A DNA stretch of 64,000 nucleotides. Origin: the human T2T-CHM13v2.0 reference genome, Homo sapiens. The notes beneath the pieces are model-generated. The model was given only the letters and a program-made list of their open reading frames with translations. It made no database searches and was not told the DNA's origin. Each line of letters begins with the position of its first letter. The stretch's first letter is position 1. This document shows, one piece after another, positions 12,441-25,775 of the stretch. The DNA lies in the NCBI RefSeq assembly GCF_009914755.1, contig NC_060930.1. The stretch is one strand, 5' to 3'. The translations under genes and the position numbers were made by a program.

Positions 12441-13873
12441 TACACAGGGTTCCAACAATGGTGTGCTGTCTCTGAAATAATGAGCTCCCTAAAGGAAGTG
12501 GCCCGGTGACCTGCATTCACCCTCCAGATCTCAGGGGTTGTGAGTCCCAGCTTTCTTTCCCACCATTATGCTTCCTGTTGATTGCTTCCTGACTCACTTC
12601 CCTATTCATTTTCTCAAAGCCAACATTTACATCACATAAACTTAAGTTATTCCTTTTCAGTAGCAGAAAAAACATATAATTGTAATAAACATTTTTGGGG
12701 GGTGGAAGGGATATTTATTACTGATACTAAAAATTTAATGCCTTTGCTTAATTAGAGGTGGGACTGAAGGAATGCATGAACCGAAAATGCTGGCTAACAA
12801 AACAAAGTGTTTATACATGGAAATGCTTCAAGAGCCCCAAAACAGAGCTCCCATGTTCTCCATGGTGGGAAAGTTTCCATCTTTCCTCTTTTTGTAACTG
12901 TCCAGAAAAGACAGAATGTTTTTGATCAAAGTGGCTTTGAATCTTTAGCATTACGTTGTCCCATTAGAACAGAACTTTTTCCCATGCAGTGCCAATCCAC
13001 ACATTTAGTTTCTGCAGCTCCTTAGTTTTATTGGGAATGGGGGTGGGGATGGTGGCACCATCTTGTTTGAAAGGGTTTACAGCTGATACTACCGTTTACA
13101 GTAAATTCCTAGAGTGGGAGGAGGAAGTGGCACATTTTTGGAGCAGCTAGGTGGCTGGAAGAGATTCTCCTCCCCCAAGACTGGTCAGAGGTCCTGTGAG
13201 AATGGGAGCTGCTCACCTCTCCTTGGCAGTGTGCTGGGCTGGGGAGGTGCCAAGATATCCCTAGCAGCGACTCCAGCCAGGGAGATTGGTCCCTAGATGC
13301 AGCATCTTCCAGTGCACCAATGTTCTCATGACCCAAGGCTGGTACTGAAATAGCAGGATTGTCAAACCTGAAGGAACCATTGCCTGTGGGCTGCAGGGAC
13401 CTGGAACCCTGACCCAAACCAGGATGGAGGAGGTGCCCAATAATGATTATGATTCAGCTGTCCAACAGCTCAATAAAAGGGGGACTTGGAGTTACATGCG
13501 ACTTGATTTAAGGGATTCTAAAAATATATTTATTGTGAACCTGAGTTTAAGAACTGATATTCTTGCTTACTGAAGGTGGACATACTAACTTTGGACATAA
13601 AACCTGAGGGGCAGGTAAGGGCAGTGTCTGTGTGCCTGGCATGCACAGGACACAGATGGCATTCTGAAAGCCATCATCCAGGACTGAAGAGTTGCTTTCC
13701 ACACTCTGAAACTGTGACACGAGATTCACTTTGGAGAGTCTTTTGTGGATGAGCCTCATCAATTAACAGTCCTAGTGTGTGTAAGCGTGAGCTCAGTTTT
13801 GTTCTGTCAAGTCTTAAGACAGCATTTGATTTAGCAGTTGATTCAATTACATTACATGTGGATTTGGAAAAGT

Positions 13874-13874
<1 letters not shown>

Positions 13875-13918
<44 letters not shown>
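13875..13918. repeat. (GT)22 microsatellite
   Basis: Direct count. Confidence 0.98.
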
Positions 13919-13920
<2 letters not shown>

Positions 13921-14199
13921 TTCTTTTAAACAATGATGTAACCTTTCTGAATTCAGGTGGAAACTGTCTTGATTGACCTCCGCGTACCAGGACAGATTAA
14001 TTAACTCTTAGTTTCTTTCGTGGAACATACGAACACACCCTGAGCTCACTGAGAGCTCACAGCTGGTAGGAGAGGAGGCTCCTCTTTAGTAGGCCCAGTG
14101 TGTTGTTTGCCTCTTTCCTAATCTGTTCATTCCACTTAATTGTATCCCGATAACGACACAATTTGAGCAAATATTAATTTGAGCAAATATTACTAAAAC

Positions 14200-14510
14200 T
14201 GATGATACACAGATACATGAAGAAAGATATTTCCAATGGAAAGAAAAAGCAAAATGCTTGGGAAAGATTCAACAGGAAAAGCTGCTTTAAATGTGTTGTT
14301 GAATTATATTTGATGGTTATGAGTACAGAATCTAAGATTCTTTAGTCAAGATGTTTTACACTGTCTCTAAATTCTCATTTCACAAAGGAAACTCAAATGA
14401 GACAACATGGAGGATGCATTATATGTGTGGCTCATAAAGAGAGGGAACAATACAGCACTCTAATCAGCACATCTATATTCAAAGAAAGGCATTGGCTAAA
14501 TAAAAACACT
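14200..14510 (+). mobile_element. Degenerate Tigger/pogo transposase fragment (Tigger15-like)
   Basis: Broken translation EDALYVWL...LISTSIFKE resembles the CENP-B-type HTH of Tigger transposases. Confidence 0.45.
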
Positions 14511-14597
14511 GGTGAGTAAATAGACAACTCAGTTCCCTGCTAAAATAAAATGTTTGTATAGGCAGGACTCCTGCGAGAGCCCCTTTGACTGCCCGTT

Positions 14598-14616
14598 GAG
14601 CGCCCTCTGCTGGCCC
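14598..14616 (-). promoter_or_regulatory. Strong CTCF motif (minus strand GGCCAGCAGAGGGCGCTC)
   Basis: Near-perfect consensus within a CpG-retaining patch. Confidence 0.75.
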
Positions 14617-15589
14617 GGAGGGAAGGGTGCCACGGAGGGGACGGCGTCAGGGCCCCACCCACGGTTTAGTTTCAGATCAGCGCTTTTCAGTTCCAAGATA
14701 CAGATTCCGGTTCCAATGAATGCTGGTTGAAAATACGGCCGTGGTTTTAAATATCATGAAACTATTTTACGTCCGTAGTACTTTCATCTATTTTTATAAG
14801 AATGTTTTGTAACTGAGAAACCTAAAGAGATGATGAATTTCCCCCACCGCCCCCGACTATTTTGCCTTTCAGTGACGCGGTAATATTTTACGATAGGTGC
14901 CGATTCAAATCAGTGGCTTTCAGAAAGTACAGCTGCTATTCTTTGGTGCCGCTATTCAGAATGACAATGTGAAATAAAAATGATTCTGACTATGGGAAGG
15001 TCTGATCTTCCTATGAATGAAAACAATCATGTGGGCCACAGAGAGCTCTCTCTTTCCAGCTATCGAGGGACTTTTTGCAGAGAGAGAAAAGGATCCTAAA
15101 GCCATGTTCCCGATACTGCAGACTTGGCGAGATGGCGGCGGGCTCCTCCCACCTCTGCGGCAGCGTCACAATCAATAATGCAGGGCTCTGCGGCAGAGGA
15201 AGCGCCTGCTTTTATATAGGGGCGCCCGGACCCCAGAGCAGGGCTAGTCCCTTAACCCATTCCGCCATCTAGCGTCCGCAGGGGCTCATGGCAGGTTGGA
15301 GCCGGACAGTCTGGAAACTGCAATCTAGATTTTGCAGAAGGGTGACCTTTAGCCTTCTGCAAAACCTAGATCTCACTTAATGTAGATCTCACTGAAGAAG
15401 GCAAATAAAAAGTGAGTGGAGTGTTTATTCATTTTCCTGTAAGATTAGTAACTTTAAGGCTAAAAACTCTAAAGTAAGTATTTCCCAAGCCCCTGCTGTA
15501 AGTCAGTCATGTTGTGGGTACCAAGGCTATGAAGATGTCTCAGTCTCTATTTTCAGTGACCCAGTCTAGTAGGGACAAGCCATATGAAC

Positions 15590-15718
15590 ATATGCCCAGT
15601 TAAATTTGAATTTCAGGTTAACACGGAATTTGTGTGTGTGTGTGTCCCATATATGCTAAAGCAGTTAACTGGGCATCTATTATTATCATTATTTTTATAA
15701 GCAAAATCTTGCAACCGT
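15590..15718. mobile_element. MER53-like palindromic DNA element
   Basis: gcccagttaaatttgaatttcag ... ttaactgggcatc ... aaatcttgcaacc. Confidence 0.65.
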
Positions 15719-17636
15719 GCATATAAACAGATGATTGCAGTATGGGCTTTACAAGGGCAGGGTGGCACGCTAATTGCTTGAGGAGCTTTGCTGTGGGTGC
15801 TGGTTAGGAAGCGTTCTCAGGGGAGAAGTCGCTTGTGCAAACTGCTTATCAGATAAAGCAGTGGGCAGGGTTGTCCTGGTAGAATCGCATAAGCAAAAGC
15901 AAGAGGCTGGGGGACTCGCAGTACAGCAGGTCTGTGCTACCTGAGCTGGCAGGTGAGGCAAGGATAGTGCAGGGGTGAGGTTGCTTCATCGTGGAAGGCC
16001 TTCTACTGTGCTTCCCAGGAGCTGGGTTCTATTCCAGGGGGAGTGAAAAAGGGTTTTGAGCGGGAGAGTGACATGATCTAATTTGTGTTTAAGAAAAAGA
16101 GATCAAATGGCAATGTTGAGGCTGGACTGGGGGAGGTAGGAAGCTTGGAGGCAGGGAGGCCTGAAGGAAATTGTCTAAGGTGAGTGAGCTCAGAAAAGTA
16201 GCAGAGCTTGAAGGTGAATGAGGGTCTTTTGACTCCAAGTCCAGGATGCCTGTCACTGTCCCCATCTAATTGAATTATGATTCACATGTGCAAGCATTTT
16301 ACAAATCAGGAATGACACACCACATTATGCATACTTTTCCTTCTCTGAAAGATTAGCTTCACCCACATTTGGAAATACTGGAAATTTTTCTGTCCTCCTC
16401 TTCTCTTGCTTCTCCTTTGCATGTGGTCGGCCTCGGTGTCTGCCTCTGATTAACTCAGCCCTGTTTCCCACACAGAGCTCCCCCTGCAAACCAGACTAAC
16501 AAGGCCAAGTGACAAAATGAATTATAAACCTCTGAGATATTTGGCCTTGTTTTCCTTGGGCCACAGCCTGACTTTTTTAAAGGCCCTTGGAATGAGGACA
16601 CCTGTTTATTTTCAAGGAGACTCTGACCCAAGCCCCACGCAGATGGCTGGGCAGAGCATTTTGTGGTGGTCAGAGGTTGCTCATTTTTGGACCTGGTTTA
16701 TTAAAAGTTGGACAGGGGACCAAGCAGAGCCTGGCACCTCTTTGTCCCTCCATCCATGGTGGGGGGCATTGGCAGCACCTTAGCACGCACAGAACAGCCC
16801 CTCAGAGAATGCACAGGTGTTGATTAACAAGGCTTGTATACACGTTAGTGGAGGAAGAAGAGAAAACAAACCTACTCTCTCATGCACATGTGACTAGAGT
16901 CACGTTGGGATCGTGAGGCTAGTGCTTTGTAAAAAAAAAATGGGATGCTTTTAACAGAAAGACATATAGAAAAAAAGGTAAGTGAGATGTGCAATACAGT
17001 CACATGTCACACAATGACGTTTTAGTAAATGACAGTCCTCATATACAAAAGTGGTCTCATAAGGTTATAGTGTAGCTGAAAAACTCCAATCACCTAGTGC
17101 CATCGTAGCCATTCCAACATCACAGTGCAATGCATTATATGTTTGTGGTGATGCTGGTATAAACAAACCAACTGCACTGCCAGTCATATAAAAGTATAGC
17201 ACATACAATTATGTACAGTACATAATACTTGAGAATGATAATAAATACTACATTACTGGTTTATATATTTACTATACTATATTTTTATCATTATTTTTGA
17301 GTGTAATCCTTCTACTTATTAAAAAAAGTTAGCTATAACACAGGACAGGCAGGTCCTTCAGAAGGCATTGTTATCATAGGAGATGACAGCTCCATGCATG
17401 TTTTTGCCCCTGAAGACCTTCCAGTGGGACAGGACGTTGAGGTGAAAGACAGTGATATTATGATCCTGACCCTGTGTAGGCCTAGGCTAATGTGGATGTT
17501 TGTGTCTTAGTTTTTACTAAGAAAAGTTTTAAAAGTAAGAAAAAACATTAGAAAAAAAGCATACAGAATAAGGATACAAATAAATTATTTGTGTATAGCA
17601 GTACAATGTGTTTTAAGCTGTGTTATAAAAGAGTCA

Positions 17637-17960
<324 letters not shown>

Positions 17961-18435
17961 CTATAAAGTAAAAAAGGTACAGTAAGCTAAGGTTAATTTA
18001 TTATCAAAGAAAAAATAGGCTACACTAAATCTATTTGTTCATCAAGTCTACAGTAGTGCACAGTAATAATGTCCTAGGCCTTCCCATTCACTCACCACTC
18101 ACTCACCCAGAGCGACTTCCTGTCCTGCAAGCTCCATTCACGGCAAATGTCTTATATAGGTGGATCATTTTTAATCTTTTATATGATCTCTTTACTGTAC
18201 CTCTTCTATGTTTAGATATGTTTAGATACACAAATACTTATTGTGCTACAATTGCTGACAATATTTAGTACAGTAACATGCTGTACAGGTTTGTAGGCTA
18301 GGAGCAGCAGGCTCTACCATACAGCCTAGGTATGTAGCAGGCTATATCATATAGGTTTGTGTAAGTTCACCCTATAATGTTTGAACAACAACAAAATTAT
18401 GTAACAATGCACATCTTAGAAAATATCCCTATCTT

Positions 18436-19790
18436 GGACAGAATTACTACCCAGCCAACAAAGGAAGGAGACACGCTCTCCCTCTCCCCCTCTCCCTCTC
18501 TCCCTCTCTCCCTCTCCCTCTTTCCACGGTCTCCCTCTCCCTCTCCCTCTCTTTCCATGGTCTCCCTCTGATACCGAGCCGAAGCTGTACTGTACTGCTG
18601 CCATCTCGGCTCACTGCAACCTCCCTGCCTGATTATCCTGCCTCAGCCTGCCTAGTGCCTGCGATTGCAGGCGCGCGCCGCCACGCCTGACTGGTTTTCA
18701 TATTTTTTTGGTGGAGACGGGGTTTCGCTGTGTTGGCCGGGCTGGTCTCCAGCTCCTAACCGCGAGTGATCCGCCAGCCTCGGCCTCCCGAGGTGCCGGG
18801 ATTGCAGACGGAGTCTCATTCACTCATTGCTCAATGGTGCCCAGGCTGGAGTGCAGTGGCGTGATCTGGGCTCGCTACAACCTCCATCTCCCAGCCACCT
18901 GCCTTGGCCTCTCAAAGTGCCGAGATTGCAGCCTCTGCCCGGCCGCCACCCCGTCTGGAAAGTGAGGAGCATCTCTGCCTGGCCGCCCATCGTCTGGGAT
19001 GTGAGGAGCCCCTCTGCCTGGCTGCCCAGTCTGGAAAGTGAGGAGCATCTCTGCCCGGCCGCCATCCCATCTGGGAAGTGAGGAGCGCCTCTTCCCGGCC
19101 GCCCATCTTCTGAGATGTGGGGAGCGCCTCTGCCCCGCCGCCCCTTCTGGGAGGTGAGGAACGTCTCTGCCCGGCCGCCCCGTCTGAGAAGTGAGGAGCC
19201 CCTCCGCCCGGCAGCCACCCCGTCTGGGAAGTGAGGAGCGTCTCCGCCCGGCAGCCACCCCGTCTGGGAGGTGTACCCAACAGTTCATTGAGAACGGGCC
19301 ATGATGACAATGGCGGTTTTGTGGAATAGAAAAGGGGGAAAGGTGGGGAAAAGATTGAGAAATCGGATGGTTGCTGTGTCTGTGTAGAAAGAAGTAGGCA
19401 TGGGAGACTTTTCATTTTGTTCTGTACTAAGAAAAATTCTTCTGCCTTGGGATCCTGTTGATCTATGACCTTACCCCCAACCCTGTGCTCTCTGAAACAT
19501 GTGCTGTGTCCACTCAGGGTTAAATGGATTAAGGGCGGTGCAAGATGTGCTTTGTTAAACAGATGCTTGAAGGCAGCATGCTCATTAAGAGTCATCACCA
19601 CTCCCTAATCTCAAGTACCCAGGGACACAAACACTGCGGAAGGCCGCAGGGTGCTCTGCCTAGGAAAACCAGAGACCTTTGTTCATTTGTTTATCTGCTG
19701 ACCTTCCTTCCACTATTGTCCTATGACCCTGCCAAATCCCCCTCTGTGAGAAACACCCAAGAATGATCAATAAAAAAAAAAAAAAGAAAA
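18436..19790 (+). mobile_element. Full-length SVA (SVA_C/D-like): CCCTCT hexamers, Alu-like region, short VNTR, SINE-R, polyA
   Basis: All SVA domains in order; 18-bp TSD agaaaatatccctatctt at 18418-18435 and 19791-19808. Confidence 0.97.
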
Positions 19791-21082
19791 AGAAAATATC
19801 CCTATCTTTAAGGGACATATGACTGTAATGGTAATAGTTTGCAAATGGCAGGAAAGAACGCAATGGATAAATGTATGCAAAATTATAGACATGCTTAGCT
19901 TTGGTAGTATGCAGTATGTAGTATAAGGTGATTTAAAAGGACTCTATTTTGAATCACCTAGTTTCTATTGAGCACCTACCAAGCAAACATCCTTCAGCCT
20001 TGTTGGGCTTGCAGTAGCAACCTGGTGGGCAGAGTTGCTGCATTATTAGAGACCCGGTTGCAGGCCAAGCCAGGAGTGAACAGAGGGCCATGGGAGACGG
20101 TACAGATGCTCCGGCACTGGTTTTGGTTCTGAGTTCTGTGAGTTTTCAGGGGAGAGTCCACACTGCAGGAGAATGGCTACTTTGTGAAGCTTGTGGTATT
20201 TGTAGCAAGTATGAGTATGACTTCACAAATTCATTTTCTTTAATTCAAATTAAACCAGGCTCTGAACCCTCCTCCCCTGCCTCCATCCTGAGATGGATTT
20301 ATTCTAAGGTATCATTGGTGCATTCCTCCCCACCCCCAATACCATGGCCACCATCATGACCACCCACCCACCCACACCACTGCCACCATGAGTGGGGGTT
20401 GAACGACAATCCAGCAGGCCTAGAAGGTGCCTAAAAAGGGGCCAGGCCTCTGATAATCAGTTCCTAAGTTTTCTGCCAATACCTGTATCATCCAAATACG
20501 CATAGACACTTGAGGCTTTGCATCCTCACAAAGTTCTTTGAGGAACTTAGCCAGTGCAGGGCACCCTGGTACTGGGGCAGCCTCCTGGAAGTACCATGAA
20601 TCATCAAGTCCCTCTGAGCTTTAGTCACCTCCCCGGGCTGCTGCATGGGGAGGCCTGAATGTTCAGTCCTCACCCAATGCTCGGCTGCACTCCTCTTCCT
20701 CCCCATCGTCTCCCAGCATCACCTCTTACCAGTGAGAACAAGGCAGGATCTCAAAAGGCAAGATAAAGCATGCCAGCAGCTTCCATCCTGTGCTTAGAGG
20801 ATGGATAGGCGGGAACCCTAAAGGGCCTCACTAACTTCTTGAAATCCAGGAGAGGAGCAGGTGGAAGAAAAATACAGAGAACTCAATGCAAATTAATATA
20901 TCAATCAATCATCCTGCTACTGATCATGGTGTCATTTACAGGCCATGCAGAGAGCAGCAGAGCATGGTAATGAAATTCTTGGAATCTTGGTTCTACCTCT
21001 TGCTAACCATGTGACCTTGCCCCAGTTTCCTAATAAGTAAACCAAAGATGGTAATCACAGAACACAGGCCCAGTGTTGCTGA

Positions 21083-21385
<303 letters not shown>

Positions 21386-22899
21386 TGTTATTGTTACTAT
21401 ATCTCTATTTCACTGGAGCAAATATTGACCCCCCTCATAGCACACATTCAATACATTACTTCCACAAACAATATCTTCTCTTTTCTCAAGGATGTCAATA
21501 CACCCTTCTCCACAATCAGTAAGATAGGAAGATAAGGAAAGAGGGGATGAGGAAAGGAAGACTCATACTGTACTAAGCTTGCTGACCACAGGCATGAGCT
21601 CCAAACACTGCCTGCCCGGACGGCTGGTACTCCCAGGAGAAGGGACTATTCTAGCTGTGATGACGCTCCTAACAGAACGATTTTAGGAATCTTACGGGAA
21701 AGGAGTGGGGTGTGCTCTGTGCGGGGGAGCTCACCACCATTAGAGGTGTGCATCTTGCCAGTGGAAGGAGTCCTGGACTGGCAGTTGTCTCCCGACTCTT
21801 CATCTAGCTTCATCTCTTGACTAAGTATCACTTCCTCAGATGTCCTCTCTGCCCCCAATCTAAATTAGCTCTCACCTGTCATTCTCTCTTATAATTTCTT
21901 CTTTGCTCTTATTAGCCTTTATTCAACTTTCAATGACGGACATTTTGTGTGTTTATTTGTTCAGCGTCTTCTCTCCCAGTAGATTATTTAGCTGTAGAGG
22001 GCAGAGATTAAGTGTGTTTTATTGACCAAGTATAATCGCTTAGCTTTCACTTTTTAATCTGTTAAATGAGGTTGGTAATACTGCTTTTGCCCACCTCACT
22101 GAGCTGTGAAATTAAAAATGTAATACACAGGAAACTTCTTTGTAAATCATAGAACATGGTGCACATTGAATTATGCTTAGCGCCATGTCTATTGGAACGT
22201 ACATCACAAACTGAACACTTGTGAAATGAGCTCCTAGACAGATTAGCATTCTGTTAAATGAGATAATAGGGAAACATGCTCAGAACAGGACACACACTGT
22301 GAAAGCTCTTATTGTGTAAGGTCAAAAATAGCAGCCCCGACCTCTAAAACTACCATATCCATGGAGTCCACACACAGTCGGCTGGAAAGAGTTAAATAGG
22401 AGCTCCCACAGCCAAAGATGTCTAAACACATGTGGGAGTGAGTAACCCAGCGCCAGTGTGTTCTGGAGCTGGGGGAGGTTTTGCAGGTCACTTTTCAAGC
22501 AAGATGTTCCTTTCCTACCAAGAGGCAAGGATGGTCAACATCTATCTTCCCCTGCTCCACGTCAGTGAGACTGCAGAGGGATGGAAGACGATTCCAGAAA
22601 AATGCCTGCTGCCGCCAGCATTTCACAGACAGCAAACGGGAGGAGGGTGAAACTCCTTAAATTCAAAAATTGCACTGATATGTGCATTACTATATGTGGA
22701 ACCGGGGGAGAGCTGGAGCTGGAGAGATACAGTTGATGAATACCCCAGTGTTGGGATGCGACTCCTCTGCTTTTCATAGACAAACCAGAAACATGAAATT
22801 ATCCATCCTGACAGCCGGTGTGGTGTGGGAATCACAGGCTGGTACCCACAGACCAATGGTGATAACCAGGAAGATAAAAAGACAAAGATCAGATTGGAC

Positions 22900-24093
22900 A
22901 CTGATGGGTCTTGACTCTTTATCCAATTTGCCAGTCTGTGTCTTTTAATTGAAGCATTTAGTCCATTTACATTTAAGGTTAATATTGTTAAGTGTGAAGG
23001 TTAATATTGTTATGTGTGAATTTGATCCACATTATGATGTTAGCTGGTTATTTTGCTTGTTAGTTGATGCAGTTTCTTCCTAGCATTGATGGTCTTTACA
23101 ATTTGGCATGTTTTTGCAGTGGCTGGTACCAGTTGTTCCTCTCCACGTTTAGTGCTTCCTTCAGGAGCTCTTGTAGGGCAGGCCTGGTGGTGACAAAATC
23201 TCTCAGCATTTGCTTGTTTGTAAAGGATTTTATTTCTCCCTCACTTATGAAGCTTAGTTTGGCTGGATATGAAATTCTGGGTTGAAAATTCTTTTCTTTA
23301 AGAGCATTGAATATTGGCCACCACTCTCTTCTGGCTTATAGAGTTTCTGCCGAGAGATCCGCTGTTAGTCTGATGGGCTTCCCTTTGTGGGTAACCCGAC
23401 CTTTCTCTCTGGCTGCCCTTAACATATTTTCCTTCATTTCAACTTTGGCGAATCTGACAATTATGTGTCTTGGAGTTGCTCTTCTCGAGGAGTATCTTTG
23501 TGGCGTTCTCTGTATTTCCTGAATTTGAATGTTGGCCTGCCTTGCTTGGTTGGGGAAGTTCTCCTGGATAATATTCTGAAGAGTGTTTTCCATCTTGGTT
23601 CCATTCTCCCCGTCACTTTCAGGTACACCAATCAGAGGTAGATTTGGTCTTTTCACATAGTCTCATATTTCTTGGAGGCTTTGTTCGTTTCTTTTTATTC
23701 TTTTTTCTCTAAACTTCTCTTCTCGCTTCATTTCATTCATTTGATCTTCCATCACTGATACCCTTTCTTCCAGTTGATCGAATCGGCTACTGAAGCTTGT
23801 GCATTCATCACGTAGTTCTCGTGCCATGGTTTTCAGCTCCATCAGGTCATTTAAGGACTTCTCTACAGTGAGAACACTGGGACACAGGAAGGGGAACATC
23901 ACACACCGGGGCCTGTTGTGGGGTGGGGGGAGGGGGGAGGGATAGCATTAGGAGATATGCCTAATGCTAAAGGACGAGTTAATGGGTGCAGCACACCAAC
24001 ATGGCACATGTATACATATGTAACTAACCTGCACATTGTGCACATGTACCCTAGAACTTGAAGTATAATAATAAAAAAAAAAAAAGAAAAGAA
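22900..24093 (+). mobile_element. L1PA (about PA3-PA5) insertion with 5' inversion: antisense ORF1/start of ORF2 (22900-~23866) joined to sense 3' UTR and polyA
   Basis: ORF1p peptides on - strand (KRPNLPLIGVPESDGENGTK; EKSLNDLMELK); L1 3' UTR on +; 16-bp TSD aaagatcagattggac at 22884-22899 and 24094-24109. Confidence 0.93.
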
Positions 24094-24678
24094 AAAGATC
24101 AGATTGGACCAAAACAGACACATTTTCTTCACTACTCCATTATCTGGTTTTGTCCTATTTCTTAGGGAGGCAAGATAAGGCGTTGGCATCCTAACTGCAG
24201 TGGGTATTCCTTGTTGTTTGATGTGCATATACTTACAGTTTAATGACTCCTTAGTAAGCTCTGTGTGATCTGCAGGTTTTAGGGTGTCCATGGTTCTCCA
24301 AGGACACCAGATTCTCTGTGGTGGAGGACAGCCTCGTTTTTCCCAGGCCCTCAGCTCAGGCCTAAGCGAGGCTTGATGTTGTCTTTATACAGTAGTGACT
24401 GCCTTGAACAGTAACAAAGGTGAGCAATCGGTATAGGATAGGTAAGGCAGCAGGAAAAGGAGGGATAGGTAACTGATCAAAGGAAATAGAAATAGGCCTT
24501 GGGATGGGGGCAGGCAGGTGGGACGCCTCAGGGACCTGAGAGGGACAAAGCACCACGGCAGCTGCAAATGAAGATGGGAACACAGACCCAGGCTGAGAAC
24601 ATGGAGAAGCGAAGGTCCCACATGATGACACAGGAGGAGATGCGCTGGTGGTCACACCTTTCAGGGAGGTGAGTATGA

Positions 24679-24958
<280 letters not shown>

Positions 24959-25199
24959 TAAATGAATGATTGCTACCAGTGTAATTGTTTTATTTTAGGC
25001 CCGGAAAAATGGAGGTTAACTTCATTGTCATCTGTCATGGAACTGTGGCCACAAAAAGAGGCGTCTCTCAGGCCAGGTACTGTAGGAGTCCGCCCCCTGC
25101 TCCATCTGTATTTTTTCCACTCACAGTCCACCTGGCATGAGAAAGGTGTTGGGATAAAGGTGAGCCCAGGGCACTGTGGGTGCCTCCGAGAGAATCTGA

Positions 25200-25775
25200 G
25201 CTGGGGGAGTCAGGGTCCTTCGAGAGCCTGCCATTAATATGGAGGGGGAAAGCCAGGGCTAGGCTGCGATGGGTGCTGTTGGTGGGGGGGCCAGGCCTGC
25301 ACTCTGTACGTGAGGGTGAAGCTGGAGAAGGAAGCAGCCTAGAGAGGACCCGGAGCAGGGCAAACACAGATGGAGAAGCTGAGGGCAAGGAAGGGAATGA
25401 CGTGGGACCCCACCCGTTGTCGGGGGCAGGCTCTGCTCTCCAGGAACAGGTAACACAGTCACTTAGAGAACAGTCACTACTTGCCCTGCCCTCCTGAGTC
25501 CCGGGAGGAAAGTGCTCGCCCATTCCTGACCTGTGACACGCTCACTGCGAAGGCAGGTTATTAGAAGAGTCCCATGAAAGTAAACAGGGTATTAAAACGG
25601 ATCCTTAAAAATGAAAGTGCAGGCTGAAAGTTGGTAGTGTGGGAGGTAGAGGGTGTGTGTTCTTGTGCAGAGGAGCGTGGGGTTTGCAGAGGAGACAGGG
25701 GAGCTTTGTGTACCCGGAGCAATGAACAAGCGGCGACTTCTCTACCCCTCAGGGTGGCTCCACGGTCCCAGCGAC
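25200..25775 (+). promoter_or_regulatory. CCN6: CCN6 promoter / 5' UTR region
   Basis: GC-richer, CpG-retaining segment directly upstream of the first coding exon; TSS not determinable from sequence. Confidence 0.6.

Noticed and set aside
18708-19766. Several 70-230-aa ORFs
   Set aside because: All fall within GC-rich SVA sequence
23336-23902. L1 ORF1p-like ORFs, one with a chimeric N-terminus from the inversion junction
   Set aside because: Truncated, interrupted by a stop, no L1 promoter; not a functional or domesticated gene on this evidence
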